From a virus, in IMG/VR virus record IMGVR_UViG_3300027804_000050, positions 32,001-96,000 of that record: a stretch of 64,000 bases of DNA. One strand, 5' to 3'. Shown piece by piece: positions 37,619-47,633 of this stretch. A program made the position numbers and the translations under genes. Below the pieces are notes generated by a model. The model had not been told where the DNA came from, did not search any database, and saw only the letters and a list, made by a program, of their open reading frames with translations. Position 1 is the stretch's first letter, and each line of letters opens with the position of its first letter.

Positions 37619-39224
37619 AATAGAAATAAAGAATTTCTATTCCATTCGTGACATCAAAATTAATTTTGATAATCACAGTGGGATAGTTTTAATTGAAGGT
37701 AAGAACAAGGACATTGGTGGGTCCAACGGATCTGGCAAGAGTTCCATAATCGAGGCTGTTGTATGGGGGATCTTTGGTAGAACGATTCGTAAATCTACCG
37801 AGGAAGCCCTGATCAATGTATACGATACTAAAAATTGCTCTGTTCAGATTACATTAAATAACAATATAACTATCCACCGGAGCAAGAAACCCACATTTCT
37901 TAAGTTTTTTGTGGGAGAAGAGGACAAGACTCAGGATAGCAGTTTAAAAACTCAAGAGCTTATAGAGAGTATTTTAAATAGTAACTATAAGACTTTCTTA
38001 GCATCAACTATTTTTGGACAACATAATAATGTTGATTTCATTGATGCTTCCCCAGAGGACAAGAGATTAATAATTAAGAATTTCTTAAATCTAGATGAGA
38101 TATTTAATAAAAGAGATTCTGTAAAAGATTTAAAATCTAATTATAATAATGAACTAAAGACTTTAGAAGCTTTAGCCTCTGACACTACCTCAAGTTTAAA
38201 TAAACTTTCTTCTAAGTTAAATGATATAGATGAAGGAGAAAGAAAATTTTTACAAGATAATGATTTAGAGGAAGATGATTTGCTGAAATATGATATTGAT
38301 AAAATTTTACGGTTAGAATCTGAAAGGGATGATTTGAATCGTAAAATCAAAGAAGAGGAAAAACTTATTTCACAAACTTTAAAGTCTATTGATATTTGTG
38401 AAAAAGAAATATCATCTTTAGAAAATAAAAAGATTTCTAAATGCCCAACCTGTGGTAATGAATCTAAGATAAATGTAAAAGAAAAAATAAAAAAATTACA
38501 AGGGGATCTTTATATTTACAAGAATGTTCACCATTTAGAACAAACAAAGTATCTTGCAGAATACAAAACTTCTTTATCTAAGATACACATACCCCTACCA
38601 TCATCTAAATATAAAATAATTAATGAGTGGAAGGATCTTAAATCTAAAAAAGATTATTTATTAGAATCTAAAAAGGAATTGGAGACTAAATTAGATGACT
38701 TGGCAAAAGATAAATCTAAACTTCTTCGTAGTTTAGAAGTGATGAAGTTTTGGGAAAAAGCATTTTCTGAAACAGGTTTAATTAAATACATTATAAGAAA
38801 CATCTTAAACTTCTTCAATGGAAAAGTAAATTATTACTTATCTTATCTTTCCAATGGTAAATTTATCATCAAATTTGACGAAGAATTAAATGAGAAAATC
38901 TATACAAATGGAAAACAATTGTCTTTTATATCCCTATCGGGTGGAGAAAAGCGCAAGATTAGCCTAGCTGTGATGCTGGGTCTTCAAAGCTTACTCACTA
39001 ATACAAAACGAGATAGCACTAACTTGATGTTTTTGGATGAAGTAGGTGAGAATTTAGATCAAGATGGTCTGGATGGACTCTACATACTTCTATCCGAATT
39101 GAAGAAAGATAAGACTTTATTCATAATAACACACAACAACTATCTTAAATCTTTAATTGATGGTTGCAAGGTGCTAACCGTAACAAAACAACATGGCGTG
39201 TCGTATCTTTCAAGGAGATCATAA
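37605..39224 (+). CDS. SbcC/Rad50/gp46-like ATPase
   Basis: NGSGKS, CPTC hook, LSGGE, LDE, ITH. Confidence 0.92.
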   Translation: MKINRIEIKNFYSIRDIKINFDNHSGIVLIEGKNKDIGGSNGSGKSSIIEAVVWGIFGRTIRKSTEEALINVYDTKNCSVQITLNNNITIHRSKKPTFLKFFVGEEDKTQDSSLKTQELIESILNSNYKTFLASTIFGQHNNVDFIDASPEDKRLIIKNFLNLDEIFNKRDSVKDLKSNYNNELKTLEALASDTTSSLNKLSSKLNDIDEGERKFLQDNDLEEDDLLKYDIDKILRLESERDDLNRKIKEEEKLISQTLKSIDICEKEISSLENKKISKCPTCGNESKINVKEKIKKLQGDLYIYKNVHHLEQTKYLAEYKTSLSKIHIPLPSSKYKIINEWKDLKSKKDYLLESKKELETKLDDLAKDKSKLLRSLEVMKFWEKAFSETGLIKYIIRNILNFFNGKVNYYLSYLSNGKFIIKFDEELNEKIYTNGKQLSFISLSGGEKRKISLAVMLGLQSLLTNTKRDSTNLMFLDEVGENLDQDGLDGLYILLSELKKDKTLFIITHNNYLKSLIDGCKVLTVTKQHGVSYLSRRS

Positions 39225-41125
39225 TGATTACACAACTCAATAAACTAGGACAAGAAATTTTTGAATCGCGTTATGCTTACCCCGGCGAAACTAAGTGGGC
39301 AGATCGGGCTAAGTCTATTTCTAAGGTTATAGCCTCCGCTGAAAAGGATGAAGACAAAGAACGGGTAGAGCGTTCTTTCTATGAGTCTATCGGATCTGGG
39401 GATTTTATTCCCGGGGGTAGAATTATTTATGGATCTGGTAGAGGAAGAAAGCAAAATCTACTGAATTGCTTTGTTATCATCCCAGAAGATAATGTAGATT
39501 CCATCGGCAAAACCGTTATGGATATGTATAAGATTTCTTGTGCCGGGGGTGGTGTAGGCTTTAATGTCAGCAAGATCCGTCCAAGAGGGGATGATATTGG
39601 CAATGTAGCTAATTCTGCTCCCGGAGCGGTTTCCGTGTTGCAAATGATCAATGAGGTTGGTAACCATGTTCGTGCTGGTAAGAATCGCAGAACAGCACTA
39701 ATGGGAATTCTAAATGTAACCCACCCAGACATACTAGAATTCCTCCATGTCAAGTTAGACCAAAAGCAACTAACCAATTTTAATATTTCTGTTGCGATAA
39801 CGAATCGTTTCCTAGAAGCTATTGAATTTAATGAACCTTGGTATTTTACATTTAATAACAAGGTCTATGAATGCTATGATGTTCGTAGATACAATACAGA
39901 ACAAAATAGAGACGAAAAGATAACGGTTGTTGCGTTAAATGAGCAGGATGCCATTGCTCGTGCAAATAATTTCCATAAGCAACATTGGTTGGATCAATTC
40001 CAAATTATTGGAAAGCAAGATTTTAGAGCTAGAGATTTGTGGAATAAGATTTGGACTAATGCTGTTGAAAGCGGGGATCCCGGTATTTACAATATTGATC
40101 TAGCTAACAACTATACCAATGTATCTTATTTTGAAAAACTAGACTCTACCAATCCTTGCGGTGAAATTAGTCTACCTAGTTATGGTAATTGCTGTCTAGG
40201 TAACATTAACCTAAGCAACATGGTTAATGAAGATGGTACAGATGTAGACTGGAAGCGGTTAGCCAAGACCATCAGAACAGGTGTTCGATTCTTAGACAAT
40301 GTTTTAACGGTAAACTCTTTCCCTACTGAAGAGTGCAAGTTGGTTGGCGAGCGTTCTAGAAGAATTGGATTAGGTGTCACAGGCTTGCACTATATGCTAA
40401 TCAAGCTTGGGATTAAGTATGGATCAGAAAAGTGTTTAGAATTCCTTGAACGGTTGTTCTCCACTATCCGAGACGAAGCTTATATGCAATCCGTATATCT
40501 AGCTAGAGATAAGTCCCCATTCCCTGCCTTCGATCCTAAGATGTATTTGAAGGAGGAGTTTGCCAAGACACTACCAGCTAGAATTCGTATGCTTATTAAG
40601 AGATATGGCATCAGAAACGCAGTTATGTTGACAATACCACCCTGCGGAACTATTTCCATGCTGCACGGTGTTTCTAGTGGCATTGAACCCATCTTTGCGG
40701 CTATGTATCATCGTCGGTGGAGACACGCGAATGTTTGGAAAGAGGAAGTTGTTGTTGATCCTTTGTTCCAAGAATACTACAACAATGGCAAGAAGTTAGA
40801 TGTTTTCGTAGGAGCTTATGATGTGACTCCAGAAGAACATATTAAGGTTCAAGCTACTATTCAAAAGTATATTGATTCTTGTATTAGCAAGACAATCAAC
40901 CTACCTTCCACGGCCAAGCCTGAAGATTTCAATCAGTCTTCATTGGAGTATGCCCAATATCTAAAGGGTTTAACGGTTTATCGTGCTGGGTCCAAGGGAC
41001 AGGAACCTTTGGCGGCAATCCTTTTAACAAAGGAAAATATTGAAAAGTACATGGGTAAGCCCGTAGAGGTTGGAGTTGCTGACGGACAAGCGTGTTCAAT
41101 GACTGGAGGAGGTTGTGGTAGCTGA
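39224..41125 (+). CDS. nrdJ: Ribonucleotide reductase, probably class II (B12-dependent)
   Basis: TNPCGEI, CCLGNINL, RRIGLG, PCGT, ISKTIN; C-terminal Cys pair; no beta subunit nearby; TAATG start. Confidence 0.85.
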   Translation: MITQLNKLGQEIFESRYAYPGETKWADRAKSISKVIASAEKDEDKERVERSFYESIGSGDFIPGGRIIYGSGRGRKQNLLNCFVIIPEDNVDSIGKTVMDMYKISCAGGGVGFNVSKIRPRGDDIGNVANSAPGAVSVLQMINEVGNHVRAGKNRRTALMGILNVTHPDILEFLHVKLDQKQLTNFNISVAITNRFLEAIEFNEPWYFTFNNKVYECYDVRRYNTEQNRDEKITVVALNEQDAIARANNFHKQHWLDQFQIIGKQDFRARDLWNKIWTNAVESGDPGIYNIDLANNYTNVSYFEKLDSTNPCGEISLPSYGNCCLGNINLSNMVNEDGTDVDWKRLAKTIRTGVRFLDNVLTVNSFPTEECKLVGERSRRIGLGVTGLHYMLIKLGIKYGSEKCLEFLERLFSTIRDEAYMQSVYLARDKSPFPAFDPKMYLKEEFAKTLPARIRMLIKRYGIRNAVMLTIPPCGTISMLHGVSSGIEPIFAAMYHRRWRHANVWKEEVVVDPLFQEYYNNGKKLDVFVGAYDVTPEEHIKVQATIQKYIDSCISKTINLPSTAKPEDFNQSSLEYAQYLKGLTVYRAGSKGQEPLAAILLTKENIEKYMGKPVEVGVADGQACSMTGGGCGS

Positions 41126-41595
41126 TGCCCACCTATCAATATCTTTGTGAGGACTGCATCATCGTATGGGAGAAGGAAGCTTCCATAGGTAAGGCACCCA
41201 AGAAAATAAAGTGTTTGGAATGTGATTCCCGCTGCGAAAGATTTTACGATGAAATTAACTTTTCATTTGCAGATGATGGTTGTGGCGGGGTACAAAACAA
41301 AGGTGCTATGGACTTCCATAGCGTGAAGCAAAGATATCGTAAATTTGCTGTAAATGGCTTTGATAAAGATTCTGCAAATAGATTCTTAAAAAGATCCATT
41401 GCTGAGTCTGGAGACAGATTAGCAGAAAAAGAAGGTCGATATAAAAAAGTAGATTTTAACTGGGAAAAAATGGCAAAAGACGGTATAGTTAAACGCCTAT
41501 CTGATAAAGAAACTAGCGACAAAATCGACAGATCAAAAAAAATCACTGAAGACATCTCTAATAGACACAGGGCTGTAACTAAGAAGAAAAAATAA
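41125..41595 (+). CDS. FmdB-like zinc-ribbon protein
   Basis: MPTYQYLCEDC...CLEC. Confidence 0.7.
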   Translation: MPTYQYLCEDCIIVWEKEASIGKAPKKIKCLECDSRCERFYDEINFSFADDGCGGVQNKGAMDFHSVKQRYRKFAVNGFDKDSANRFLKRSIAESGDRLAEKEGRYKKVDFNWEKMAKDGIVKRLSDKETSDKIDRSKKITEDISNRHRAVTKKKK

Positions 41596-41597
41596 CA

Positions 41598-42911
41598 ATG
41601 GCATATCAATTTAACGAGAATATTCAAAGAGCTATCCTTTACTTTTTGAAGGCAGATAATGATTTCTACCTACAAATTGTAAATCTGGTTAAGCCAGAGT
41701 ACTTTGAGTTTCCGTCCCACTCTAAGATCTTTAGTACTGTAGTGGCTTACTATGACAAGTATCATAGTTTGCCTTCGGATCTTTTTATCATCGAGGATGT
41801 AAAAAAGAATCTTGGAGCTAGGGAAAATATTTCGGATTATGAAGACGAACTGAATTACATCAATTCGTTGGATACCTCTACTATCACCAACCCAGATTAT
41901 GTTGTTGATCTAATTGAATCCTTCGCAAAGAAGGAGGCCATGAAAGCAGCAATCGCAGAAAGCATTACCTTGATTAAAGAAAACAAGGTAGAGCAAGTGG
42001 AGGAGATCGTCAGGAAGGCTTTGCTGGTGGGTAAAGCCGTTGATATAGGCCAAGATTACTTTACAGATTTTTCTGACCGTTGGAATAGGACTTTTAGCAC
42101 CGATAAAACGGCTATAAAGTTTAGGACTGTATTTTCCTCCATCAACAAATCGTTGGAGGGCGGGTTGGGATCCAAGGAGCTTGCTATGGTAGTGGCTCCT
42201 CCGGGTGTAGGTAAGTCCTTGTACTTAGTAAATCAAGGAGTCCAAAGTCTCATTGATGGCAATAATGTTCTTTACATTTCTTTGGAGATGAGCGAAGACA
42301 AGATTGCTCAAAGATTCGATTCGATCATGACATTGGTTCCACAAGCCAAGCTTAAGGATCCTAAGCACCAACTTACCGTTAAGGAACGCCTTAACCTTTT
42401 CCAAAATGAGTTTAAAGGTAGGTTGATGATTAAGGAGTACCCTACTCTAATGGCATCTGTTAATACAGTCAGAAGTCTTTTAGTCCAACTTAAGAATCAT
42501 AACGATTTCGTTCCGCAAGTCCTGATCGTAGATTATCTAGAACTGATGCGTTCCACAAGGGATATTCAACATGAATATCAGGCTCAACAAAGAATCGCAG
42601 AAGAGCTTCGTGGCCTAGCCATGGAACAAAACATCCTTGTTTGGACTGCGACACAGACTAATCGTCAAGGTAGGATGAAAAGTATTATCACGGATGTTGA
42701 GCTAGGAGATTCTTATGGTAAGATTCGTCCCTGCGATTTTTCTATGTCTCTAAATCAAACCGAAGAAGAGTTTGACAATGGCTTCATGCGAGTATATATT
42801 ATGAAGTCTAGAAATGGTGTTCCCCGTATTACGATTCCAGCTAAGGTAGATTATAATCTACTTAAGATGTCCGAATCTGAGGAACCTCTAAGGAGTTTGG
42901 AACATGAGTGA
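41598..42911 (+). CDS. Replicative helicase (DnaB/gp41-like)
   Basis: APPGVGKS, SLEM, IKEYPT, VDY, TATQTNR. Confidence 0.92.
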   Translation: MAYQFNENIQRAILYFLKADNDFYLQIVNLVKPEYFEFPSHSKIFSTVVAYYDKYHSLPSDLFIIEDVKKNLGARENISDYEDELNYINSLDTSTITNPDYVVDLIESFAKKEAMKAAIAESITLIKENKVEQVEEIVRKALLVGKAVDIGQDYFTDFSDRWNRTFSTDKTAIKFRTVFSSINKSLEGGLGSKELAMVVAPPGVGKSLYLVNQGVQSLIDGNNVLYISLEMSEDKIAQRFDSIMTLVPQAKLKDPKHQLTVKERLNLFQNEFKGRLMIKEYPTLMASVNTVRSLLVQLKNHNDFVPQVLIVDYLELMRSTRDIQHEYQAQQRIAEELRGLAMEQNILVWTATQTNRQGRMKSIITDVELGDSYGKIRPCDFSMSLNQTEEEFDNGFMRVYIMKSRNGVPRITIPAKVDYNLLKMSESEEPLRSLEHE

Positions 42912-43215
42912 TATTACATCAAGAGAAGTTTTTATACGAGTAAAAAATTATCCAAGTCGTTTAAGCGTTCAACGCTCTGGGATTTGGGGATTTGAAAATT
43001 ATGCAAACTATGTTATAACCCATGTTATTGAAGGTGTGTCTTATTATAAGATGCCTTTTAATTTTGGAGTTTGTTTGTCTAATCAGTTTAATCCTGCCAT
43101 TTTGGCTATCATAGGTAATGCTGGAGATTATCTGGTTGTAGAACAATCTGGGGTTTTGTCAATTTTAACTGAAGAAAAGTTTTTACAGCAAAATCCTAAC
43201 TTAGTAGGTAGATGA
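42904..43215 (+). CDS. Hypothetical protein (PGDYG-like motif)
   Basis: GNAGDYLV...F pattern. Confidence 0.45.
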   Translation: MSDITSREVFIRVKNYPSRLSVQRSGIWGFENYANYVITHVIEGVSYYKMPFNFGVCLSNQFNPAILAIIGNAGDYLVVEQSGVLSILTEEKFLQQNPNLVGR

Positions 43216-43216
43216 T

Positions 43217-43648
43217 ATGAAGAGTTTGAAGGATTTTCTACAAGAATTTAACTGGGAAGGCTATCATATTCTTAGCGAAGAATTGTTGAAGTTTGATGAT
43301 CATTCTGTCGATGCAGAATTGTCTCACCAAGCTTCTACTTACTCATTCTTCCATGCTGTAATGTGTTTAGCCAAAAAGGAACTTTCCGATGCTGAGGCTG
43401 AACATATGCAGTTCATGTCTAGACTTCGTAGGGACATAAAGAATGATAGCTCATCCAAGCAGACCGCCAAGGATTTGGATGATGCTGTTCTGTCCGACGA
43501 TAAAAACAGAGAACACCAGAACCGAGTCAACGAACTGTCGTTTAGATACGAACTGTTGAAGGGACTGGTTAGGGCACTTGAGCAGAAGAAGGATATGCTG
43601 CAACAGGTGTCCGCTAACAAGCGTGAAGAAACTAAACTTTACAAGTAA
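43217..43648 (+). CDS. UvsY-like recombination mediator
   Basis: Helical 143 aa; ALEQKKDML..VSA..R; next to SSB. Confidence 0.6.
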   Translation: MKSLKDFLQEFNWEGYHILSEELLKFDDHSVDAELSHQASTYSFFHAVMCLAKKELSDAEAEHMQFMSRLRRDIKNDSSSKQTAKDLDDAVLSDDKNREHQNRVNELSFRYELLKGLVRALEQKKDMLQQVSANKREETKLYK

Positions 43649-43662
43649 CAGGAGAACTAACT

Positions 43663-44415
43663 ATGGGTATTGACCTTAATGCACTGCGTAAGAAGCACGA
43701 AGAATTGATGGGTAAGAACAAGGGTGGATCTAGCTCTGATGATTTCATCAAGAAGTTCTACCAAGTTAAGGATGGATCTAATACGATTAGAATCCTTCCT
43801 TCTAAGATTGAAGATAAGGAGTTCTACGCTGAGACTAAGATCCATCGCATTCCAATGGAAAATGGTCAAGTGAAGAATGTGCATTGCCGTAAGATTCATA
43901 ATGAATCTTGCCCATTGTGCGACCTTTATTACAGTCTTTGGAAGACTGGAAAGAAGGAAGATGAGGCCCTTGCTCGCCTGATCAAGCCTCGTTCTCGTTA
44001 TTATATGAACATTCTGGATAGGGAAACTAATGAGGTTAAAATTCTCTCCATTGGCATGATCCTATTCCAGAAGATTGTTGGTGCTATGATTGATTCTGAT
44101 TTCGGTGACATCACGGACCTTGAAAAGGGTCACGATTTCAAGATCGTCAAGCACATGGAAGGTCAATGGCCTCGCTATGACCAATCTCAACCTCGCCCGA
44201 AGTCTTCTCCATTGGGGACTAAGGCTGAAATTGCCAAGATCATGGATACCCTCCACGATATCCATGGACTTGTCAAGCTAGAGGAATATGAAGAAGTTAA
44301 GCGTATCTCCGAAGCTCTTGCTATTGGGGGTAAGCTAACTCCTTCGGATAAGGACTCCGCTAGCGGCGAAGGTGATGAAGATGGTGGAGATTATATTTCT
44401 AAACTAAGGAGCTGA
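43663..44415 (+). CDS. ssDNA-binding protein (gp32-like)
   Basis: IRILP, H...C...CPLC, DITD..GHDF, YDQS; acidic tail. Confidence 0.85.
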   Translation: MGIDLNALRKKHEELMGKNKGGSSSDDFIKKFYQVKDGSNTIRILPSKIEDKEFYAETKIHRIPMENGQVKNVHCRKIHNESCPLCDLYYSLWKTGKKEDEALARLIKPRSRYYMNILDRETNEVKILSIGMILFQKIVGAMIDSDFGDITDLEKGHDFKIVKHMEGQWPRYDQSQPRPKSSPLGTKAEIAKIMDTLHDIHGLVKLEEYEEVKRISEALAIGGKLTPSDKDSASGEGDEDGGDYISKLRS

Positions 44416-44416
44416 T

Positions 44417-45043
44417 ATGATAAAAAACTTTGTTATTGCTTGTGCCTTAACCATAGGCATGATATCTTGTAAGGGTGCTGGATTTAGTTTTGGTGGCGAT
44501 ACCACCGATCCAGTAGCACCTCTCGTAATAACTGAAAATACTAATGTTACACCTGAATCCATCCAAACTAAGCAATCAGTACCCATTCCGATTGAAACTT
44601 TAGGTGGTGATGTAGGTGATGCACTTAAACGAGAGTTTGCAAACAGAGGAACTTCACCTGTTATTACGACTAAAGACCATGTAATCAACACTCCGGGGGC
44701 CATGATGGTGACTCTGGATGCCAATGCTACACAAGAGGTACTATCCCCGAGTGTCGTAAGCATGATTGCAGGAGTATTTGGGGGGCTACTACCGGGGTCC
44801 GCACCATGGATGGAGTTGTTGATAGTAATCCTACCGTTCCTATCGAGTCGATTCCGCAAGCACACTGTTACAGCAGTTCGGCGTATCGTGCCCGGTGTTC
44901 AAGGACCTAATAACGATGGTAAAGTGCCAGACTTTGATGACATTCGAGAGGCTGTCTTGGATATAACTAAGGCAGTAACTCTAGCACCAAAGGAAGCACC
45001 CGATGTGATAACTCCTCAAAAAAGTGAACAAATTAACGGTTGA
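44417..45043 (+). CDS. Putative lipoprotein/membrane protein
   Basis: Signal peptide ending ISC; internal hydrophobic hairpin. Confidence 0.6.
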   Translation: MIKNFVIACALTIGMISCKGAGFSFGGDTTDPVAPLVITENTNVTPESIQTKQSVPIPIETLGGDVGDALKREFANRGTSPVITTKDHVINTPGAMMVTLDANATQEVLSPSVVSMIAGVFGGLLPGSAPWMELLIVILPFLSSRFRKHTVTAVRRIVPGVQGPNNDGKVPDFDDIREAVLDITKAVTLAPKEAPDVITPQKSEQING

Positions 45044-45063
45044 ATTAAATAAATAAGACTATA

Positions 45064-45098
45064 ATAAAAGCAGGGTATTCCCCTGCTTTTATTTTTTT
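45064..45098 (+). terminator. Intrinsic terminator
   Basis: ATAAAAGCAGGG-TATTC-CCCTGCTTTTAT plus T run. Confidence 0.75.
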
Positions 45099-46265
45099 AT
45101 GAGTGATAAATTAAAAATACTTGTATGTCCTGCCAATGAAGGTGGTTGTGCTTATTATAGAGCTATAGTTCCGTATAAAAAACTAGCTGAACTTTACCCT
45201 GATAAGGTTGAAGTTAGGATGAATTTCAATCCTCTTGGCATGGATCCAAGTAGTGGTCGCTGGATTCCTGACTGGGATTTTGCCGATATGAAGTGGGCAG
45301 ATATAGTTATGGTTAGTAACCTCAGTAATTATGGAGGTAACTATACAGCCAGAATAGTGGGCAAAGCAAAAGAGTTTGGCAAGTTTGTTCATTATGATAC
45401 TGATGATTTATTGACAGACTTGTATAAAGGACATAGACTTTATAGTGTATACCAAGAAAAGGGTCTTAGCGAGATAACCAAGTTTATCTATCATCATTCT
45501 GATTTGGTTTCTGTGACTCAAAGAAAATTTGCAGATAGAATAAGACCTTTCTGCACGAAGTATTTGGCTATCATCAAAAATTCAATTGACTATAATCTTC
45601 CTTGCTGGAATATGCAAAGAGTCTTGTTAAAGAAGAACATTTGCAGATTTGGTTGGGCTGGAGGAATCCACCACGAACAGGATCTACATGTATTTGCAGG
45701 AGTCCCTGCAATGGTAAACCAAAGAGTAGGTCCACAGAATTGTAGATGGGATTTCTATGGGCATCCTCCACCAGACACCAAAAAGGATGATTGGCAAGTT
45801 AGTGTTTGGCAAAATTATAAAGCTAAATTCCTTGCTAACATGAAACGCGATACTAATTTTGGAATTCATTATGCTCTTCCAACAGATAGATACGGATCTT
45901 TCTTCACTAATATGGATGTTGCTTTAGCTCCTTTGGAGATGAATGATTTTAATGATTCCAAATCAGAAATTAAGGTAGCAGAGTGTGGAAGATATCAAAT
46001 CCCTTTAGTGGCATCTAATGTAGGTTGCTATGATGAATGGATAGTGAATGGGGAGACGGGATACCTGATTGATCATGATGCACCTAAAACTGAGTGGGTG
46101 CGTGTCCTCACTAAGATAGCTAAGGAAAGAGATCAGCGTGAAGCTATGGGAAGAGCTTTACACAAACTTACAGAAGAAAATTTTGATCTAAACAAAGTTG
46201 TTGTAAAGAGATTAGAAATTTATGAACAACTTTTAAGAAAACCTATTGAGGTTCAGGTAGTATGA
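45099..46265 (+). CDS. GT-B glycosyltransferase (GT4-like)
   Basis: GCAYYR, YDTDD, GWAG, DVALAPL...FN..KSEIK..E, VASNVG. Confidence 0.85.
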   Translation: MSDKLKILVCPANEGGCAYYRAIVPYKKLAELYPDKVEVRMNFNPLGMDPSSGRWIPDWDFADMKWADIVMVSNLSNYGGNYTARIVGKAKEFGKFVHYDTDDLLTDLYKGHRLYSVYQEKGLSEITKFIYHHSDLVSVTQRKFADRIRPFCTKYLAIIKNSIDYNLPCWNMQRVLLKKNICRFGWAGGIHHEQDLHVFAGVPAMVNQRVGPQNCRWDFYGHPPPDTKKDDWQVSVWQNYKAKFLANMKRDTNFGIHYALPTDRYGSFFTNMDVALAPLEMNDFNDSKSEIKVAECGRYQIPLVASNVGCYDEWIVNGETGYLIDHDAPKTEWVRVLTKIAKERDQREAMGRALHKLTEENFDLNKVVVKRLEIYEQLLRKPIEVQVV

Positions 46266-46900
46266 AATATAAATTTTCAATTATAGTTCCTCATTACGAT
46301 GGAGTAATTTCAGATGAATTGTTTTTAAGAGGAGTCAATTCTTTGAAGTCTCAAACCTTTAAAGACTTTGAAGTACTGATCTATCATGATGGACCAACTT
46401 CTAGGCCGATTCCTGAAATTGATTTACCAAATTCTAAAATAATTGTTACTAAAAAAAGATATAATGATTGGGGGCATTCCCTCAGGCATATGGGAATTAT
46501 GGAATGTGAAGGTGAGTATGTAATTCATTTTAACCCAGACAATATTCTTTATGATAATGCATTAGAAGAATTATATAAATTAAGCGAACAAGAACTTGAT
46601 AAATTTTCCCCAAATAATGAAATATTAATATTCCCAATATTAATGATTGGAATGAGATATAATGGATTTAGTCTCATAAGGGAAAAACATAAAGCGGATA
46701 AACAATGGTTAATTTTAACTGGATTTCCTACAATAAAGCATAATATTGACTGTATGCAATTAGTAATGAGAACTCGTACTTGGAGAGGTTTTGGAGGGTG
46801 GAAAGATAAAACAGAAGACTCAGATGGTATAATGTATCAAAAATTTGTGCAAGTTTATGGTGCTAGATACTGTAATAAAATATTAGGGGAACATTGGTAA
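46262..46900 (+). CDS. GT2-family glycosyltransferase
   Basis: FSIIVPHY, SL..QTFKDFEVLI.HDG, GEYVIHFNPDN. Confidence 0.85.
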   Translation: MKYKFSIIVPHYDGVISDELFLRGVNSLKSQTFKDFEVLIYHDGPTSRPIPEIDLPNSKIIVTKKRYNDWGHSLRHMGIMECEGEYVIHFNPDNILYDNALEELYKLSEQELDKFSPNNEILIFPILMIGMRYNGFSLIREKHKADKQWLILTGFPTIKHNIDCMQLVMRTRTWRGFGGWKDKTEDSDGIMYQKFVQVYGARYCNKILGEHW

Positions 46901-46940
46901 TAAATGGTGCCAGATACTGTAATTTTATTCTAGGGGAGCA
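46857..46940 (+). repeat. Imperfect 37-bp direct repeat of the GT2 3' end
   Basis: 46857-46893 vs 46904-46940. Confidence 0.8.
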
Positions 46941-46943
46941 CAG

Positions 46944-47633
46944 ATGAATAAGATAGCTATTGTAACTTCTGTTGTTGGCGTTTCTGGTTTTGATATGTAT
47001 ACCCCGAAACACGCTAATGCAGACTATTTTTTATTTACAGAACAGGATTGTTCTTTTCCCGGATGGACCGTTAGAAAATTATATCCTTTTTCACTTGATA
47101 AAAAATATGAAAACAGGAGAACAGCTAAAATACCAAAAATACTAACTCATCAATTATTACCAACATATAATTATTATATTTGGCATGATTATACAAATTA
47201 TGTTTCTTTAGATCCAGAAAAAATAATTAGTGATTATCTTAAAGATTCTGATTTTGCATTTTTCAATCACCCACACAGAAACTGCTTGTATGATGAAGCT
47301 ATCGAAGTTCTTAGAAGCAGGTTAGATCATAATGAAAAAATAAATATGCAAATAAAATATTACACAGAGATGAAAGTAAAAGAAAAAAACAATTTTTTTG
47401 AGGCAACTACATTTGTCAGAAGAAATAACGATGTTTGTAACAAAGTATGTACCTTTTGGTATGAACATATGGATAAATTTTCATCTAGAGATCAGATAAG
47501 TCTTCCAGCCGCATTACAAGAGTACTCTCCAAAAATTTCAATATTACCCGGAAATACTAGCATTTATTTTGGTAATAACAATATAATCCCTGCATTCAGG
47601 GATACTTTAAGAATGCAAGGGAAAGTTAGATAA
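46944..47633 (+). CDS. DUF616-like glycosyltransferase
   Basis: KIL.H, YIWHD, HP.RNCLYDE, RDQIS. Confidence 0.8.
   Translation: MNKIAIVTSVVGVSGFDMYTPKHANADYFLFTEQDCSFPGWTVRKLYPFSLDKKYENRRTAKIPKILTHQLLPTYNYYIWHDYTNYVSLDPEKIISDYLKDSDFAFFNHPHRNCLYDEAIEVLRSRLDHNEKINMQIKYYTEMKVKEKNNFFEATTFVRRNNDVCNKVCTFWYEHMDKFSSRDQISLPAALQEYSPKISILPGNTSIYFGNNNIIPAFRDTLRMQGKVR

Noticed and set aside
39164-41125. Intein in RNR and the upstream TTG start
   Set aside because: Length is normal with no intein motifs; the TAATG-coupled ATG at 39224 with an AGGAG RBS is the better start
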